The translations under genes and the position numbers were made by a program. DNA of 64,000 nt from Eledone cirrhosa. Taxonomy: Eukaryota. Shown in pieces: positions 1-12,199 of this stretch. The first letter of the stretch is position 1. Each line of letters starts with the position of its first letter. The DNA lies in the NCBI GenBank assembly GCA_964016885.1, contig OZ024743.1, positions 246,016,001 through 246,080,000 on the forward strand, written 5' to 3'. Under the pieces are notes generated by a model. The model worked only from the letters and a program-made list of their open reading frames with translations. It had not been told where the DNA came from and made no database searches.

Positions 1-925
1 TTTCTGGGTCTGCCTACTCCGTGGCTACCGTCTATCTTTATTGCCCTGCACTTTGTTATACAGCTGTCGTCTTTCATGCGCATCACGTGACCGTACCAAC
101 GTAGCCTTCTCTCGAGTAAACAACATCTGATCACTCTTATTTCTAATTTTTTCCTTAGTTCGTTTATGCTTAGCCGTTCACGTATATTACTATTGCACAT
201 CCAGCGGAGCATGCAAGCTTCGTTCCTCTCTAGTCTGCGTATATCCTCTGCACACAATGCCCAGGTCTCACTGCCATGCAGCATTGCTGTTCGTATGCAG
301 GCATCGTATAACCTGCCTTTCATTTTTAGGGAGAACCCTCTAGCGGCTAATAGTGGTATAAGCTCTCTGAACTTTTTCCATCCAGTTCTGACTCTAGCTA
401 CTGTACTTTCAGAGCACCCTCCCCCACTGCTGATTTTGTCACCCAGGTAACGGAAGCTGTCCACTATTTCTATAGAACCCTCTGCGCAATTGAAAGAGCT
501 AGTATTTTGTGGGTACTTGCTGCTACTTATTGCACCAGAGCACCGGCCACATGTAAAATCTATGTTCTTAGTTAGCTTACCTGTGATCCCACTACATCTT
601 TTATGCACCCATACTTTGCATTTGGGACATAAAATGGAGTTTCTACCTACGCCTTTCCTACACACTGAGCATGGCCATTTCCCGGAAGGGACCGCCGCCT
701 TATTTTCTTTCCTACAAACTAGAACTTTAGTCTTAGCCAGGTTAATTTTAAGGCCTTTTGATTCTAGGCCGTGCTTCCATGTTTGGAATTTCTTCTCTAG
801 TTCGGTCATTGATTCAGCTATGAGCGTTAGATCATCTGCGTATAGGAGTTCCCATGGGCAGCCGGTCTTGAACTCCTCTGTTATAGCCTGAAGGGCAATA
901 ATAAATAGTAGGGGGCTAAGGACAG
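1..925 (-). mobile_element. RTE-clade LINE ORF2 fragment (RT C-terminal part with Cys/His finger), runs off window
   Basis: Minus strand reads PLLFIIALQAITEEFKTGCPWELLYADDL...GKWPCSVCRKGVGRNSILCPKCKVWVHKRCSG...[10 protein letters not shown]...RLRWYGHV. Confidence 0.9.
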
Positions 926-1008
926 ATATGAGTATAATTACAAATGGGAAATGAGTGTCATGAAAATTTGGAAACAGAAGTAAACACACACATACACACA
1001 CATGCGTG

Positions 1009-1053
<45 letters not shown>

Positions 1054-1055
<2 letters not shown>

Positions 1056-4000
1056 ACCTTATCCCCCTCGACTTCCATCTACACTTCCATACTTCCGCCC
1101 CCGCTTCCCCCCCAACCCAACGTATCCTCACCCGATCCTCGCGCCTCCTAATGCGCAACTCCATCCACGCCTCCCGCTCCACCATCCGCAAACTTGACTA
1201 CCAACTGACCCCCACCCTCCTCCGCCTTAACTCCACCTGCCACCCCCTCCTCACCCACGCCATCCTCCTCTTCATCCAAAACCTCAACCACGACCTCTTC
1301 TCCTTCCTCACCCCTACCAAAGCCCGTAAGCTACACTCACTCCTCCCAACCAACCCATCTACCACCACCCCCTATCCCTATGAGCCCCCCACACTCATCC
1401 CCACCATTCTACACCCCTCCCTCTACCCACACCCCTACCGAATCTCCACCCGCCACCTCACCTCTCACCACACCCTCCCTTTCTCCCTCACACACCCAAA
1501 CCCCACCACTTGTTGTCACCATACCCCCTGACCTCCCTCTCTCCGCACCTGAGCGCTCACTCCTTAGTAGAGGCCTTCGCTTCATACCCCACACTCCGCA
1601 CAGCGACGAGTTCCGCACCCGAACGGAAGTCGAGTGATTCGTGCAACGCACGAAGCTACAGGCACATTTCGGTCAAACGCCACCGGCTCCAAACGCCCCA
1701 GACCCGTTTCTCGCCTTGGGCCGACAACCATCTTCTTGGACGCCGGCCCCAGGGCAATTTAGCACCCTGGACGCGTTCGTCGATGCCAGCTGTAGCGCAG
1801 TAAATCGTTTCGACTTCCGCCACCGTTTCAAACGGTATAACATCACACGGGGCGAACTCCTCGCTCTCCGCTCCCTCTGTAGCCGAGATGACATCGTCAT
1901 CAAACCGGCGAACAAGGGAGGCGCCGTGGTGGTGTGGCGCGCGGACCTCTACACGGCCGAAGCCCTCAGGCAGCTCCGTAACCCCTCTTCTACCGCCCTC
2001 TACCCTCCAATCCCACAACCCTCTACCAACAACAAGTTTCCTCCACCATCCAACACCTTGTCTCCTCCTCCCTCCTCCCCCACCGCTTCCCACCTCATCG
2101 TCCGCACCCCCCGCACCCCCACCATCTACTTCCTCCCCAAACTCCACAAATCCGACAACCCCGGCCACCCCATCGTCTCCGCTTGCAACTGCCCCACCGA
2201 ACTCATCTCCGCCTTTCTTGACTCCATCCTCGCCCCCCTTGTCACCACCCTCCCCTCCCACATCTCCGACACCAACCACGCCCTGCGCCTTTTCGACTCC
2301 TTCACCTACCCACCTGGCCCACAGCCCTTCCTCTTCACCCTAGACATCAAGTCCCTCTATACCATCATCCCCCACGCCGACGGCCTACGTGCCCTCAAGC
2401 ACTACCTCGACCTTCGCCCCTTCCCCATCCCCTGCACCCCACCCTCCTTCGCCTCGCTGAGCTGGTCCTCACCCTCAACTGTTTCTCCTTCTCGGGTGAG
2501 TTTTACCAACAGGTCACGGGGGTAGCCATGAGTACAAGAATGGGCCCAAACTATGCCAACCTTTTTGTTGGTCATGTTGAGGCCCAAATCTTTGCCCAGT
2601 ACACCGGCCCACGCCCGAACTGTACGGTCGTTACATCGACGACTGTATCGGAGCCACGACCCTCACCCGGGAACAGCTCGACTCCTTTCTCTCCTTCTTC
2701 TGCTCCTTCCACCCCTCCCTCTACTTCACCACCTCTATCTCCACCACCCACGTCCACTTCTTAGACCTCTCCGTCGCCTTCGACCCCTCCCACCACTCCC
2801 TCGTCACCTCCGCCTTCTTCAAACCTACCGACTCCCACTCCTACCTCGACTTCACCTCTTCCCACCCCACACACACTAAACACTCTATTCCCTACTCCCA
2901 ACTCCTCAGGATCCGCCGCCTCTGTAGCCGAGATGCTGACTTTGAGTCTCAGGCCCTTTCCCTAGTCAGCCATTTCATCCGCAGAGGTTACCCCCCCTCT
3001 CTCGTCCACACCGCTCTCACCCGCGCCCGTGCTGTCCACCGTTCCACCACCCTCACCCCACGCCACCGCACACCCACCCACCCCTCCACCGCACCATCCT
3101 CCGCCTCTTCCGACGCCTCCAGTCCAACCCCTCCACCTCCCACATCTTCCCAGCCCCAGCACTCCCCTCCTTCAAACGCGCACGCAATCTCCACACCCTC
3201 CTCGTCCACGGCTCCCTTCCCTGTTCCAGGCCCCGCTGCAACACTTGTCCCCACATCACCAACACCACCACCTTCCAGGGTCCTAATGGCCACTCTCTCT
3301 TTGTCCGGCATGCCTTCCGCTGCACCTCCTCTAACCTAGTCTACGTCGGACAGACTGGACGTCGCCTGGCGGACAGGTTTACTGAACACCTCCGAGATAT
3401 TCGTCTCGGTGGTAGTTCCCCCATCGCCTGCCACTTTAGTGTCCCTGGACATTCCGCACACCACCTCACAGTCTGTGGCCTACTCCAATGCCACGTAACA
3501 CCCGCCACCCTCTTCAGGGTCGAACAACGAACCATCTTCACCCTACAGACCCACACTCCCCCCGGCCTGAACTCCCCACCCTTATTCCTTTAGCCTTCGA
3601 CCGCCCCCCTCCCCCCACACATATCCCCCACTAACACACCCCTCCTTTTCACCCCCACTCCACAACTAACAATACTAACACCTCCACCCCACACCCGACC
3701 ACCCTTGCCCAACTAACATACTAACATCCCTCCCTTCCCCCCTCCTTATCACACGCACACACCCACCGGTACATATATACACGCGCTCACACTAAACACA
3801 CACCCTACTACCACCACTAACCCTCACCCCCACACATCCACCCCACCACCCCGCAACTAACATCACTAACACCCCCCCGACCCCAAGCACACGAACACAC
3901 ACCCACTTACACCACCCACTCTACACGCAACTAACATCACTAACACCCCCCAACCCTACGCACACGAACACACACCCTCTTACACCACCCACTCTACACA

Positions 4001-5197
4001 CCCTACCACTACTGACCCCCACTCACACCCGCATTCAACCCTTTCTCCACCTCCAGTATACTAACACCCACTAACATCCCCTTCACCACACACACTCATC
4101 CAAACACGCACACACACACCAGTACACTACACTCCCTCCATCGGCCCACCACCCTTCTCTCCCCGCTCCACCCACACCCTTTCTCACACACACACATCCC
4201 ACTAACACCTCTACTAATACACACACATACCCTCCTCACTCCAACTTTCACACCTACCCATCCTCTCCCCTGTCCACCGCACCTCCGCACACACTGACAC
4301 ACCGACTTTCTTTACTTACCATTCTACCCTACTGCTGCTATGCCCTTATCTCTGACCACCTCCACGCACACACAGACACACAACCCTCCTCCTGCCTTGA
4401 CCCTCTGACCACTTCCTGTTGCGCGCGCACCCCACATCTTCCCTTTTCCGACCAATCTCTTCACGGATTACACATATGTGAACATCGATCCCTAGAATCC
4501 ACCACATCCCAAGGATATTACTCAGCATTCCACCACATCGTCTACGGAACTTACTTAAGGACTCACCCACTGACATACACCCCAAACATTTTTTTTACCC
4601 ACACGCCACCTACATCCACAACACGCATAAACACCACACACACACGTGCGTACCACCACATATTTACACATTCAGCCTCCGGAATCCTCTCCCCCCACCC
4701 CTCTATCCACACACGCACACACACTCCGACCTACACCCCACCCCACACACACCTCTTCCTGAACATGCAACCCCGTTCTTCCCCCAACTCTTACTTTCAC
4801 ATACACACACACACACACACGCACACCTACACACACACCACCTACAGCCCTCCCCGCTCGGACACCCCGCCTCCCTCTCCCCACTCCACCCGCCACCACC
4901 CCTACACGCCCCACACCCTTCCACCACCTGTTTTACTTCATATTTATTTTTATTTTTATTTTTATCATGCTTTTATATTTAATTTCATTTGTACCGTTTC
5001 CTCTCACCCCCTTTTTTCTATATGTCTCTCCACCACTCCCCTACACACCCTTGGAACTCTCTTCCCACACACTTTTCACCTGAAGAAGGGCTTATGCCCA
5101 AAACGTCGTTCCCCACCACCACCCCACTCTCAAGAGCGTGAAACTAATAAACCTTTGTTCGTACTGCCTCTCTGTTTTGTTCCCGTTCAATTTTTTA
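1054..5197 (+). mobile_element. Penelope-like retroelement (RT + C-terminal GIY-YIG, Neptune-like), frameshifted, flanked by (TA)n
   Basis: IKPANKGGAVVVW, IYFLPKLHK..NPGHPIVS, FTLDIKSLYT, GVAM..RMGPNYANLF, RYIDD, KPTDSHSYL, YVGQTGRRLADRFTEH; ORF stop near 3591; long C/A-rich 3' region; AATAAA at 5146. Confidence 0.92.
5080..5108 (+). ncRNA. Degenerate minimal hammerhead ribozyme motif of the Penelope-like element
   Basis: CTGAAGA-A-GGGC-TTAT-GCCC-AAAA-CGTCG: CUGANGA core and stem II present; conserved GAAA reads AAAA. Confidence 0.6.
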
Positions 5198-5437
5198 CTA
5201 TATATATATATATATATATATATAAATGAATAAAAATAACCAGGATTAAATTACATTAAATGATTTAATTGGTTTACAAATGTTTCAATCAATACAACAA
5301 GAATACATTTCTGCAGTATTGATTTCTTCAGAATCTATTAAACATTTGCGTTTTCAGAATTGAGATATTCAGACATGTGTTTGGAAAAAAATTATGTTAT
5401 TTATGTTGTTTAACCCTTTAGTATTTACATTATTCTA

Positions 5438-6465
5438 CCAGATAGAAAAATGCGTACAGCAAAAAAAAAGTAATATTGTTGGAATATAAACCTTTAAAAA
5501 TACAGGACAAGAAACTAAAATAAAACTTTAAAAGAATAGGACAAGAAACTAACATAAAACTTTAAAGAATTGGACAAGAAATAAAAAATTTTACAATAAT
5601 ATTAGTGGCAAAATTTTTATTGGTAAAAAACCGAGTTCCACATTCATAGGCTCTGGGTTCCACATTCAGAGGTCGTCGTCAGACCGGGGGATCATTTGAT
5701 CCTGGTTTGAACACCAATTGAGCCATAACCATACCTCTATTTCATCATTCGGCGACACGCCTCATGTGTCATGCATAATGTGAATGGACCCATGGGCCCA
5801 TGAGCACAGATCTTGAGCAGCAGCGGACGGTCTTGTCGTCCTGCTCATCCTTGATCTTGACCAACCCGTCCATCTTCTCCTTGCATCTTGTCCTTGAGTT
5901 CAAGTCCGGCAGTCCAGATGAATGCGTACTACAGCTTTCTGGTACAGGAAGGGGGAGCAGGAGGACTGGAGGGATGACGGGACAGAGGGGGGGAGGACCG
6001 GTGGTTGAGGGAGGTGCCGTAGTCGGTGGTCAGAGTCGACATCTTGTCCCGGTCGTCTTCTCCATCTTCGTCTGGTGTTGCGGGACCAGAAGTGCATTCT
6101 TGGAGGAGACCTGCAGCTGCATCGGCCAATTCTTCTTGCACTGGTCATTCTGACGGAGCAGAACTGCTCAGCCAACCAACCCCAACCAGAACCAACCGCT
6201 CAGGGGCAACGCACAATGAGAGCATGACAATTATTATGCACTAATCAAGAAGATACTGGGGCATAGCACAGGAAACGAATAAAAAAATTTTGCCACTAAT
6301 ATTATTGTAAAATTCTTTATTTCTTGTCCAATTCTTTAAAGTTTTATCTTAGTTTCTTGTCCTATTCTTTTAAAGTTTTATTTTAGTTTCTTGTCCTGTA
6401 TTTTTAAAGGTTTATATTCCAACAATATTACTTTTTTTTTTTGCTGTACGCATTTTTCTATCTGG
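5438..6465. mobile_element. Non-autonomous TIR element, about 180 bp near-perfect TIRs with internal subrepeats and a GC-rich core
   Basis: CCAGATAGAAAAATGCGTACAGC... mirrored at 6281-6465; TCTA on both flanks (5434-5437, 6466-6469). Confidence 0.8.
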
Positions 6466-6938
6466 TCTACTATTTTTTAAGGCAATGCAAGCAACAACTA
6501 TCTAATAATTAAAAGATCATAGTGAATTACTGACAAGTGATTGACATTTTAAAGTTCTTTTGAGTATAATTGCAATCTAGTTGAGGCAACTGGCTTAATG
6601 ACAAAGCTAGTAAATCATGAATGCATTTGAGATGATTAGTGCATAATAGTGAATTGGTGAAACTTGTGCATTTCAATGGTGTTACGGATAAAAACTGATA
6701 CTGCTGTCTACGACCTTTATATAGGATTGTCATGTTTCTCTGTATCTGCAATGTGGGTATACAAAATAAGAATTATGATATTAACTTTTATTTAAAATCC
6801 CCAAAAATGCTGTGCATGAAAACTTCAAAAAGTAATTCTATTTCTATTGATGACCTCTTAGTTGCTCATGCTAATTTTGTAAAAGATTTCAAGCCAATAA
6901 TCAGAATGATCTGGTATAATTTTTATGCAGATAAATGA

Positions 6939-7425
6939 CTAATTAGTATAAAGGGCCATCCAGATATCATGTGGACACCGCGAACCAAAAATGGTCACAT
7001 GATATCTGGATGGCTCCTAAGCATCCCCTCCACATGGCGGGGACATGGGTCATCATCGTGGAGCACTCACCTATTTTTAAAATATGATAAATGAATTTAG
7101 TTAAAAATACAATTTGAAATATATTAGATTACCTCCCCTTGTAATTACCTCGTAATTACCTCCCCTAGCGTCACGCTTACTACTCACTCACTTGAACACA
7201 AGATTTATCAGCAAACTTTGATTATAAACTTTTTCCCGCTGGACCAAATTTCTAGATTTTTAAGCCAAAAGATGCGTAATGATCTACTGTTCATGCTCAT
7301 ATAAGTTTTATCTCAGTTAAATAAAGTAGAGCCGCGCTGTACTGTCGTAAACAGACGATTGCCAACGAAAACATGACCACAACAATATTACTAAACGGAC
7401 TACCGTCCGTTTAGGATATTTACTA
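6939..7425 (+). mobile_element. Helitron-like non-autonomous element with internal and 3' hairpins
   Basis: 19 bp perfect inverted repeat 6955-6973/6996-7014; 3' hairpin CTAAACGGAC-TACC-GTCCGTTTAG (7391-7414); terminal CTAG not intact. Confidence 0.4.
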
Positions 7426-7700
7426 TTGTATTTTCGCAGTAAAGGCTTTTCCTCACATAATTATCTCATAATAATATTGAATCTATAAAATTTTGATATT
7501 ATTTATTTTTATATAATACCTTAACATCAGTATGAGCAGCCAGTTACAGATGGTTTGAACAGAAAGAAATGAGAGAATTCCGGCCGGATACGGTCAGTTT
7601 AAATGCTAAAGGGTTAACAGATTCCAAAGAAATCAAAACTGCAGAAATGTATTTTCTTGTTGTATTGATTGAAACATTCGTAAATTAATTAAATAATTTA

Positions 7701-7885
7701 ATTGTTTCTACGTTAGGCACAAGGCCAGCAATTACCCAGTGTATTACTGGTACTTTATTTTATCGACCCCGTAAGGATGAAAGGCAAAGTTAACCTCGGC
7801 GGGATTTGAACTCAGAATGGCAAGGGCCGTAACTCTATGCACCAAAGCATGGCATCCGACACTCTACCAATACTGCCAATCCACC
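7701..7885 (-). mobile_element. tRNA-derived SINE (abundant family; other copies near 16620, 18203, 25847, 50090, 50279, 51597, 59575)
   Basis: A-box TGGCAGTATTGG, B-box GTTCAAATCC, core CTTTCATCCTTACGGGGTCGATAAAATAAAGTACCAG, tail CCTTGTGCCTAA..TAGAAAC. Confidence 0.8.
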
Positions 7886-7920
7886 TATTTAATGTGATTT
7901 ATTCCTGGTTATTTATATTC

Positions 7921-8570
7921 ATCATCATCATCATCACCATTTAACTTTCATTTTTCCACACTAGCATGGGTTAGACAAGTTGTCCTGTGGTGAGACAAGT
8001 CAGATCTGGTGACCATGTTTTGCTCATACAAAACTGGTTCTGGCTTGGTTTCTATAGCTGGATGCCCTTCCTAACACCAACCACATTTACAGTGTATACT
8101 GGATGCTTTTTGTTGTGATACCTACATGACCACTTTACAGTGTGAGCTGGGTGCTTTTTGTGGTGATACCTACACAACCACTTTATGCAGTCTTTAGTCA
8201 TTTCTCTTGTAAGATTTAGCTTTCTAATGTCAATTCTTACAACCTCATCCCATGTCTTCCTGGGTCTGCCTCTTCCACAGGTCCCAGCCACTAGGGTTTC
8301 TCTGCATTTCTTTATGCAGCTGTTATCTTCCATGCGTATCACATGTCCATACCAACACAGTAATCTCTCATGCACACTACAACCAATTCCTCTTATGCCA
8401 AGTTTTTCCCTCAGTTTGCTTATGCTACATCTTCTCCCACTACTAATATGATCACCTAGGTAGCAAAAGTTGTCCACAACTTCTAGAGAGTTCCCCTAAC
8501 AGCTGAAAGAATGTACTTCACATATATTCTTTGTGCTTACTTCCTTTGTGCATCTGCCACAAATAAAGTC
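7921..8570 (-). mobile_element. 5'-truncated, internally deleted RTE LINE with (GAT)n tail
   Basis: [30 protein letters not shown]; shared 3' UTR. Confidence 0.85.
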
Positions 8571-8698
8571 TATAATAATAATGAAATTATTGTGTAAAGT
8601 GCTCAGGTGTATTACAACTAGTCAAAGGTGCATGTATAGTACATAGAATAATATACAAATGTCAGGGAAGTGAACAGTGTATGAGTCATGATATACAT

Positions 8699-9045
8699 GG
8701 AGGCACATGGCTTAGTGGTTAGAGCATTGGCCTTGCAATCGAAAGGTTGTGAGTTCAATTCTCAGATCGGGTGATGTGTTGTTTCCTTGAGCAAGACACT
8801 TTATTTCACATTGCTCCAGTTTACTCAGCTGTAGAAATGAGACGATAGGGACTGGGGTCCATATCATTCCACTGTAAAGTGGACGTGTAGGCGCCATGGA
8901 AAAAAAAAAGCACCCAGCACTCACTGTAAATGAGGTTGGTGTTAGGAAGGGCATCCAGCTGTAGAAATCAAGCCAGAATCAGTTCCCGTCCCACCCTTGC
9001 AAGCAGGGAAAAGTGGACGTAAAAATGAAATGATGAATGAATGTG
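8699..9045 (+). mobile_element. tRNA-derived CORE-type SINE with RTE-derived tail
   Basis: A-box TGGCTTAGTGG, B-box GTTCAATTC, core CCTTGAGCAAGACACTT, tail AGGAAGGGCATCCAGCTGTAGAAA...GGACGTAAAAATGA. Confidence 0.75.
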
Positions 9046-9074
9046 TGTGTGTGTGTGTGGGGGGGGGGGGGGCA

Positions 9075-9985
9075 TTAGGTGTAGTGTTGGCGAATCTCGG
9101 GAAGCATGGAGGTTTTAAAGGATGCAGAGTCTCGACAGCTAACAACTGATGCAGGTAGTTTGTTCCATGCTTCAGCAACTCTGAGTGTGAAAAAATGTTT
9201 CTGAAAGTCATGGGAGCTGTGCTGTTTTCTGACTTTGTGGACATGCCCACGCGTGTTAGACACATGGAAATCAAAAAGGTACTCAGGGTTGTTGTTGGCA
9301 AGATGGTTAACAATTTTGTGGGCGTTTACCAAGTCAGTTGCCAGGCGTCGGAGCTTTAATGTATTCATGCCCAGGGAAGCAAGGCGTTCAGAGTATGGTA
9401 GATGCCTGATGGAGGGTATTCGCTTGGTTGCACATCTCTGAACAGTTTCCAGGCAGTCAATGTTCTGAGCAAGATAAGGGTTCCAGACTGGTGATGCAAA
9501 TTCTAAGTGTGGCCGCACCATAGTCATGTACAGCCTTAAATAGATAGCTGGAGAGTGGCTGACAAAGGTCTTGCTGAGTGATGCTAAGACACCCTCAGCC
9601 CTCTTGACAATTTTAGAGATGTGCTTCGTCCAACGCAAATCGCTGCTGACCGTAATGCCCAAGTCACGTTCACAAGAAGACTTCTTGATATTAGTGCTGT
9701 GGAGAGAGTATGTGGACGCTGGGTTTTTTCTTCCAAAATGCATGGTGGTGCACTTGTCCACAGCTAGCTTGAGTTGCCAGTCTGAGATCCATTGTTGCAT
9801 TGTGTCCAGGTCAGACTGCAAGCAAGATCTATAGTGTTCAGGATCTGTCCTTTTTATCTCAAGGTACAGCTTGATGTCATCTGCGTACTTTAGTACTGTG
9901 GCATTCTTTAAGTTGGCATCTATGTCATTAATATATGCCACAAACAAAAGGGGGCCAGAACGATCCCTGTGGTACACCTGATGAC
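9075..9985 (-). mobile_element. CR1/L2-group LINE, 3' part of ORF2 (RT)
   Basis: GPLLFVAYINDI, KYADDIKL, LQSDLD, ERDLGITV, VRPHLEFASPVWNPY, NTRGH; open for about 300 codons. Confidence 0.9.
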
Positions 9986-10019
9986 ATCTGGTGCAATCCC
10001 ATTTCATTTCTTGTGTGTC

Positions 10020-10320
10020 CATACTTTACATTATGTGCACCTTATTGAATTTCTACCCACCCCTTTCTGACATATTGAGCATGGTCACTTTCCTGAAGGT
10101 ATCACTTTCCTGTTTTCTTTCTTACTTATTAAGACTTTCATCTTTGCTATATTTTCTTTTAGGCCTTTTAGCACTAAGTTCTTCTTCCATGCTTGAAATT
10201 TTTCTTCTAACTCTCCTACAGACTCAGCTGTGAGGACTATGTTGCCAGCATAAAGGAGCTCCCATGGAGTACTAGTTTCAAACTCCTCAGTGATGGCCTG
10301 AAGTACAATGATTAATAGAA
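10020..10320 (-). mobile_element. Degenerate RTE RT fragment
   Basis: AITEEFETSTPWELLYA... homologous to the element at 1-925. Confidence 0.65.
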
Positions 10321-10384
10321 GAGGGCTGAGGACTAATCATATACATATGCATATATATATATATAAAGAGAGAGAGAGAGAGAG

Positions 10385-11960
10385 TTCCACAACAAATTGG
10401 CAAACCATACTCAAGGATGTGCATTTCTCTGAGCAGATTTTCAACCCATGTATGGCTGTGGTGAGAATGGAAGTGTATATGAGCTGACTGGATTCTGAAC
10501 AATAGACGGCGATATTTTGGTGACAAGGGAGTCTGTTGCTGGGGAGACAATTTTCGTTTGAGTTAGTTCATTCGGGGTAAGATTTATGGTTATCTCTGGT
10601 CTTTTTAGTTACGTAAACATACTTCATAGTGTGGGGGCAGTGATTAAAAAAACTGGCTTTTGTGTTCAGACAAGTATTATTACGTAACCTATCCAAGATA
10701 TTCACCCTCTCATCAACACACAGCTTACAAGGCATTTTTCCATTTCCATATGACCTGGACTTGACCAGAGCTTTCCACTGAATGGAGAAATTCACGTCTG
10801 CATCTTCGAGTGATCATATATGGCTTGCCAACTTCATGGACGATCGCTTATGAGAGTGTCTAAAAGTCGTCTGATGGTTAAGGAAGCGTTCTTTAAACCA
10901 ACCCTCCAATATGCCTATATATGTTTTGACCTCCTGCTGTTGATTTGGTTGAGTAAATGTAACTTCAGCCTCATAGACAACCACAGGTATGTTACATTGT
11001 TGTTGAAGAGGGCATGCTTCTGGCCGTCTGCATGAGCATCTGGGTAGGGGAGAGCCCTTGGGGTTGGTCGAGATGTGGGCTTTCATATTTTTAGTTCAGT
11101 AATATCAGAGTTTCACCCTGTGTCTATTGAAAATAGGTCTGTATTTATGTCCTATGCGGAAGTGTTTGCCTAGAAGTGCCAAGAATTTCTTACATTTGTT
11201 CCAACTCTGAGCGAGAAGGGTGGGCAGAACCAAATTATTTTTTAAATTTCTATTTCTCTTTCTACTGGTTGTGTGATTAGGCGGAGAGTAAGAAATTTTA
11301 TCAGAGAAGCTGATGTTGGCTAATGCAGTGTTATAGTAAGGTATCGCTATGTCAAAGATTGCCTTGTTAGAAGAACGATTAGAAATCCTAGTACTGATGT
11401 TTTTAACGAAATTTTTAAAGACCATATGTGGGTGACATGTGTCCTATAAGTTAACTTTTCATTTGTTTGTTGAAAGGTCTGAATGTGTGTGTGCAAAGGT
11501 TTAGGTTGATGTCTAAATAATCAACACTAGTGAGATTTGTAGTTACAGTGAATCTTAAATCATTGAACGTGGCTATTAGGTCTTTTCTAAAATGGTTTAG
11601 GTTGAGACCGTTTTTATGGCTTGATAGGGTCAGACCGTCATCACGGTATAAACCCATATGGAAGTCCAGGAATCTGACTCGCAATGAATCTAATATTTAC
11701 AATCCAACCAAATCGCATATATCAGTACTATCGAATAATCCCATTGAGACATTGAATAATTCTGATGATTTTTTTTTGTCCAAGCTACACCATTACTGAA
11801 GAGAATGATCTGTCGAACTGAGTCATGGATGGTGGTATGTGTATTGGTGAACTCCAGCACTTTATCTACAAGGGTTGCCAAGATCAATGGGTAGAAGTCC
11901 ACTATGTTGAACTGGGTGAATTTAGCCTTGTTGGTGCTGAAGGAGTTGAACCACTTAACA
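10385..11960 (-). mobile_element. Penelope-like element, fragmented RT + C-terminal GIY-YIG (different family from 1054-5197)
   Basis: GLYRDDGL, VDYLDINLNL, CSCRRPEACPL..C...VVYEA, YIG....FKERFLNH, CKLCVDE, CLN....CPH. Confidence 0.85.
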
Positions 11961-12199
11961 ACAGAGTCGCTGTAAAGTGGTCATGTGGGTGTCACGAGAA
12001 AAAATCACCTAGTACTCACTGTTAATGTGGTTGGCATTAGGAAGGGCATCCAGCTACAGAAACCAAGCCAAAATCAGTTCTGTATGAGCAAGACATAGTC
12101 ACCTGGCCTGGCTTTTCTCACAACAGGACAACCCATCTAACTCATGCTAGCGTGGAAAAATGGACATTAAATGGTTATGATGATGATGATAGGTTGTTA

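Larger units (their letters stand above)
5414..7613 (+). mobile_element. TTAA-flanked CCC...GGG (piggyBac-like) MITE split by a 2 kb insertion
   Basis: Halves 5414-5437 and about 7417-7613 are collinear with the intact copy at 29967-30177. Confidence 0.7.
5226..7922. mobile_element. Foldback MITE with about 115 bp inverted arms, interrupted by nested insertions
   Basis: 5226-5341 is the reverse complement of 7615-7700 plus 7886-7922; the right arm is split by a SINE. Confidence 0.65.

Noticed and set aside
166-891. Plus-strand ORFs of 94 and 133 aa
   Set aside because: Antisense shadows of the RTE ORF2; the same applies to ORFs opposite other LINE and Gypsy fragments
4765-5229. 154 aa ORF
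   Set aside because: Low-complexity 3' region of the Penelope-like element
8699-8772. tRNA gene
   Set aside because: A and B boxes run into a SINE core and RTE tail; no convincing cloverleaf
10270-10295. Hammerhead-like CTGAGGAGTTTGAAAC on the minus strand
   Set aside because: It is the coding sequence AITEEFET of a degenerate RTE RT, with no stem II
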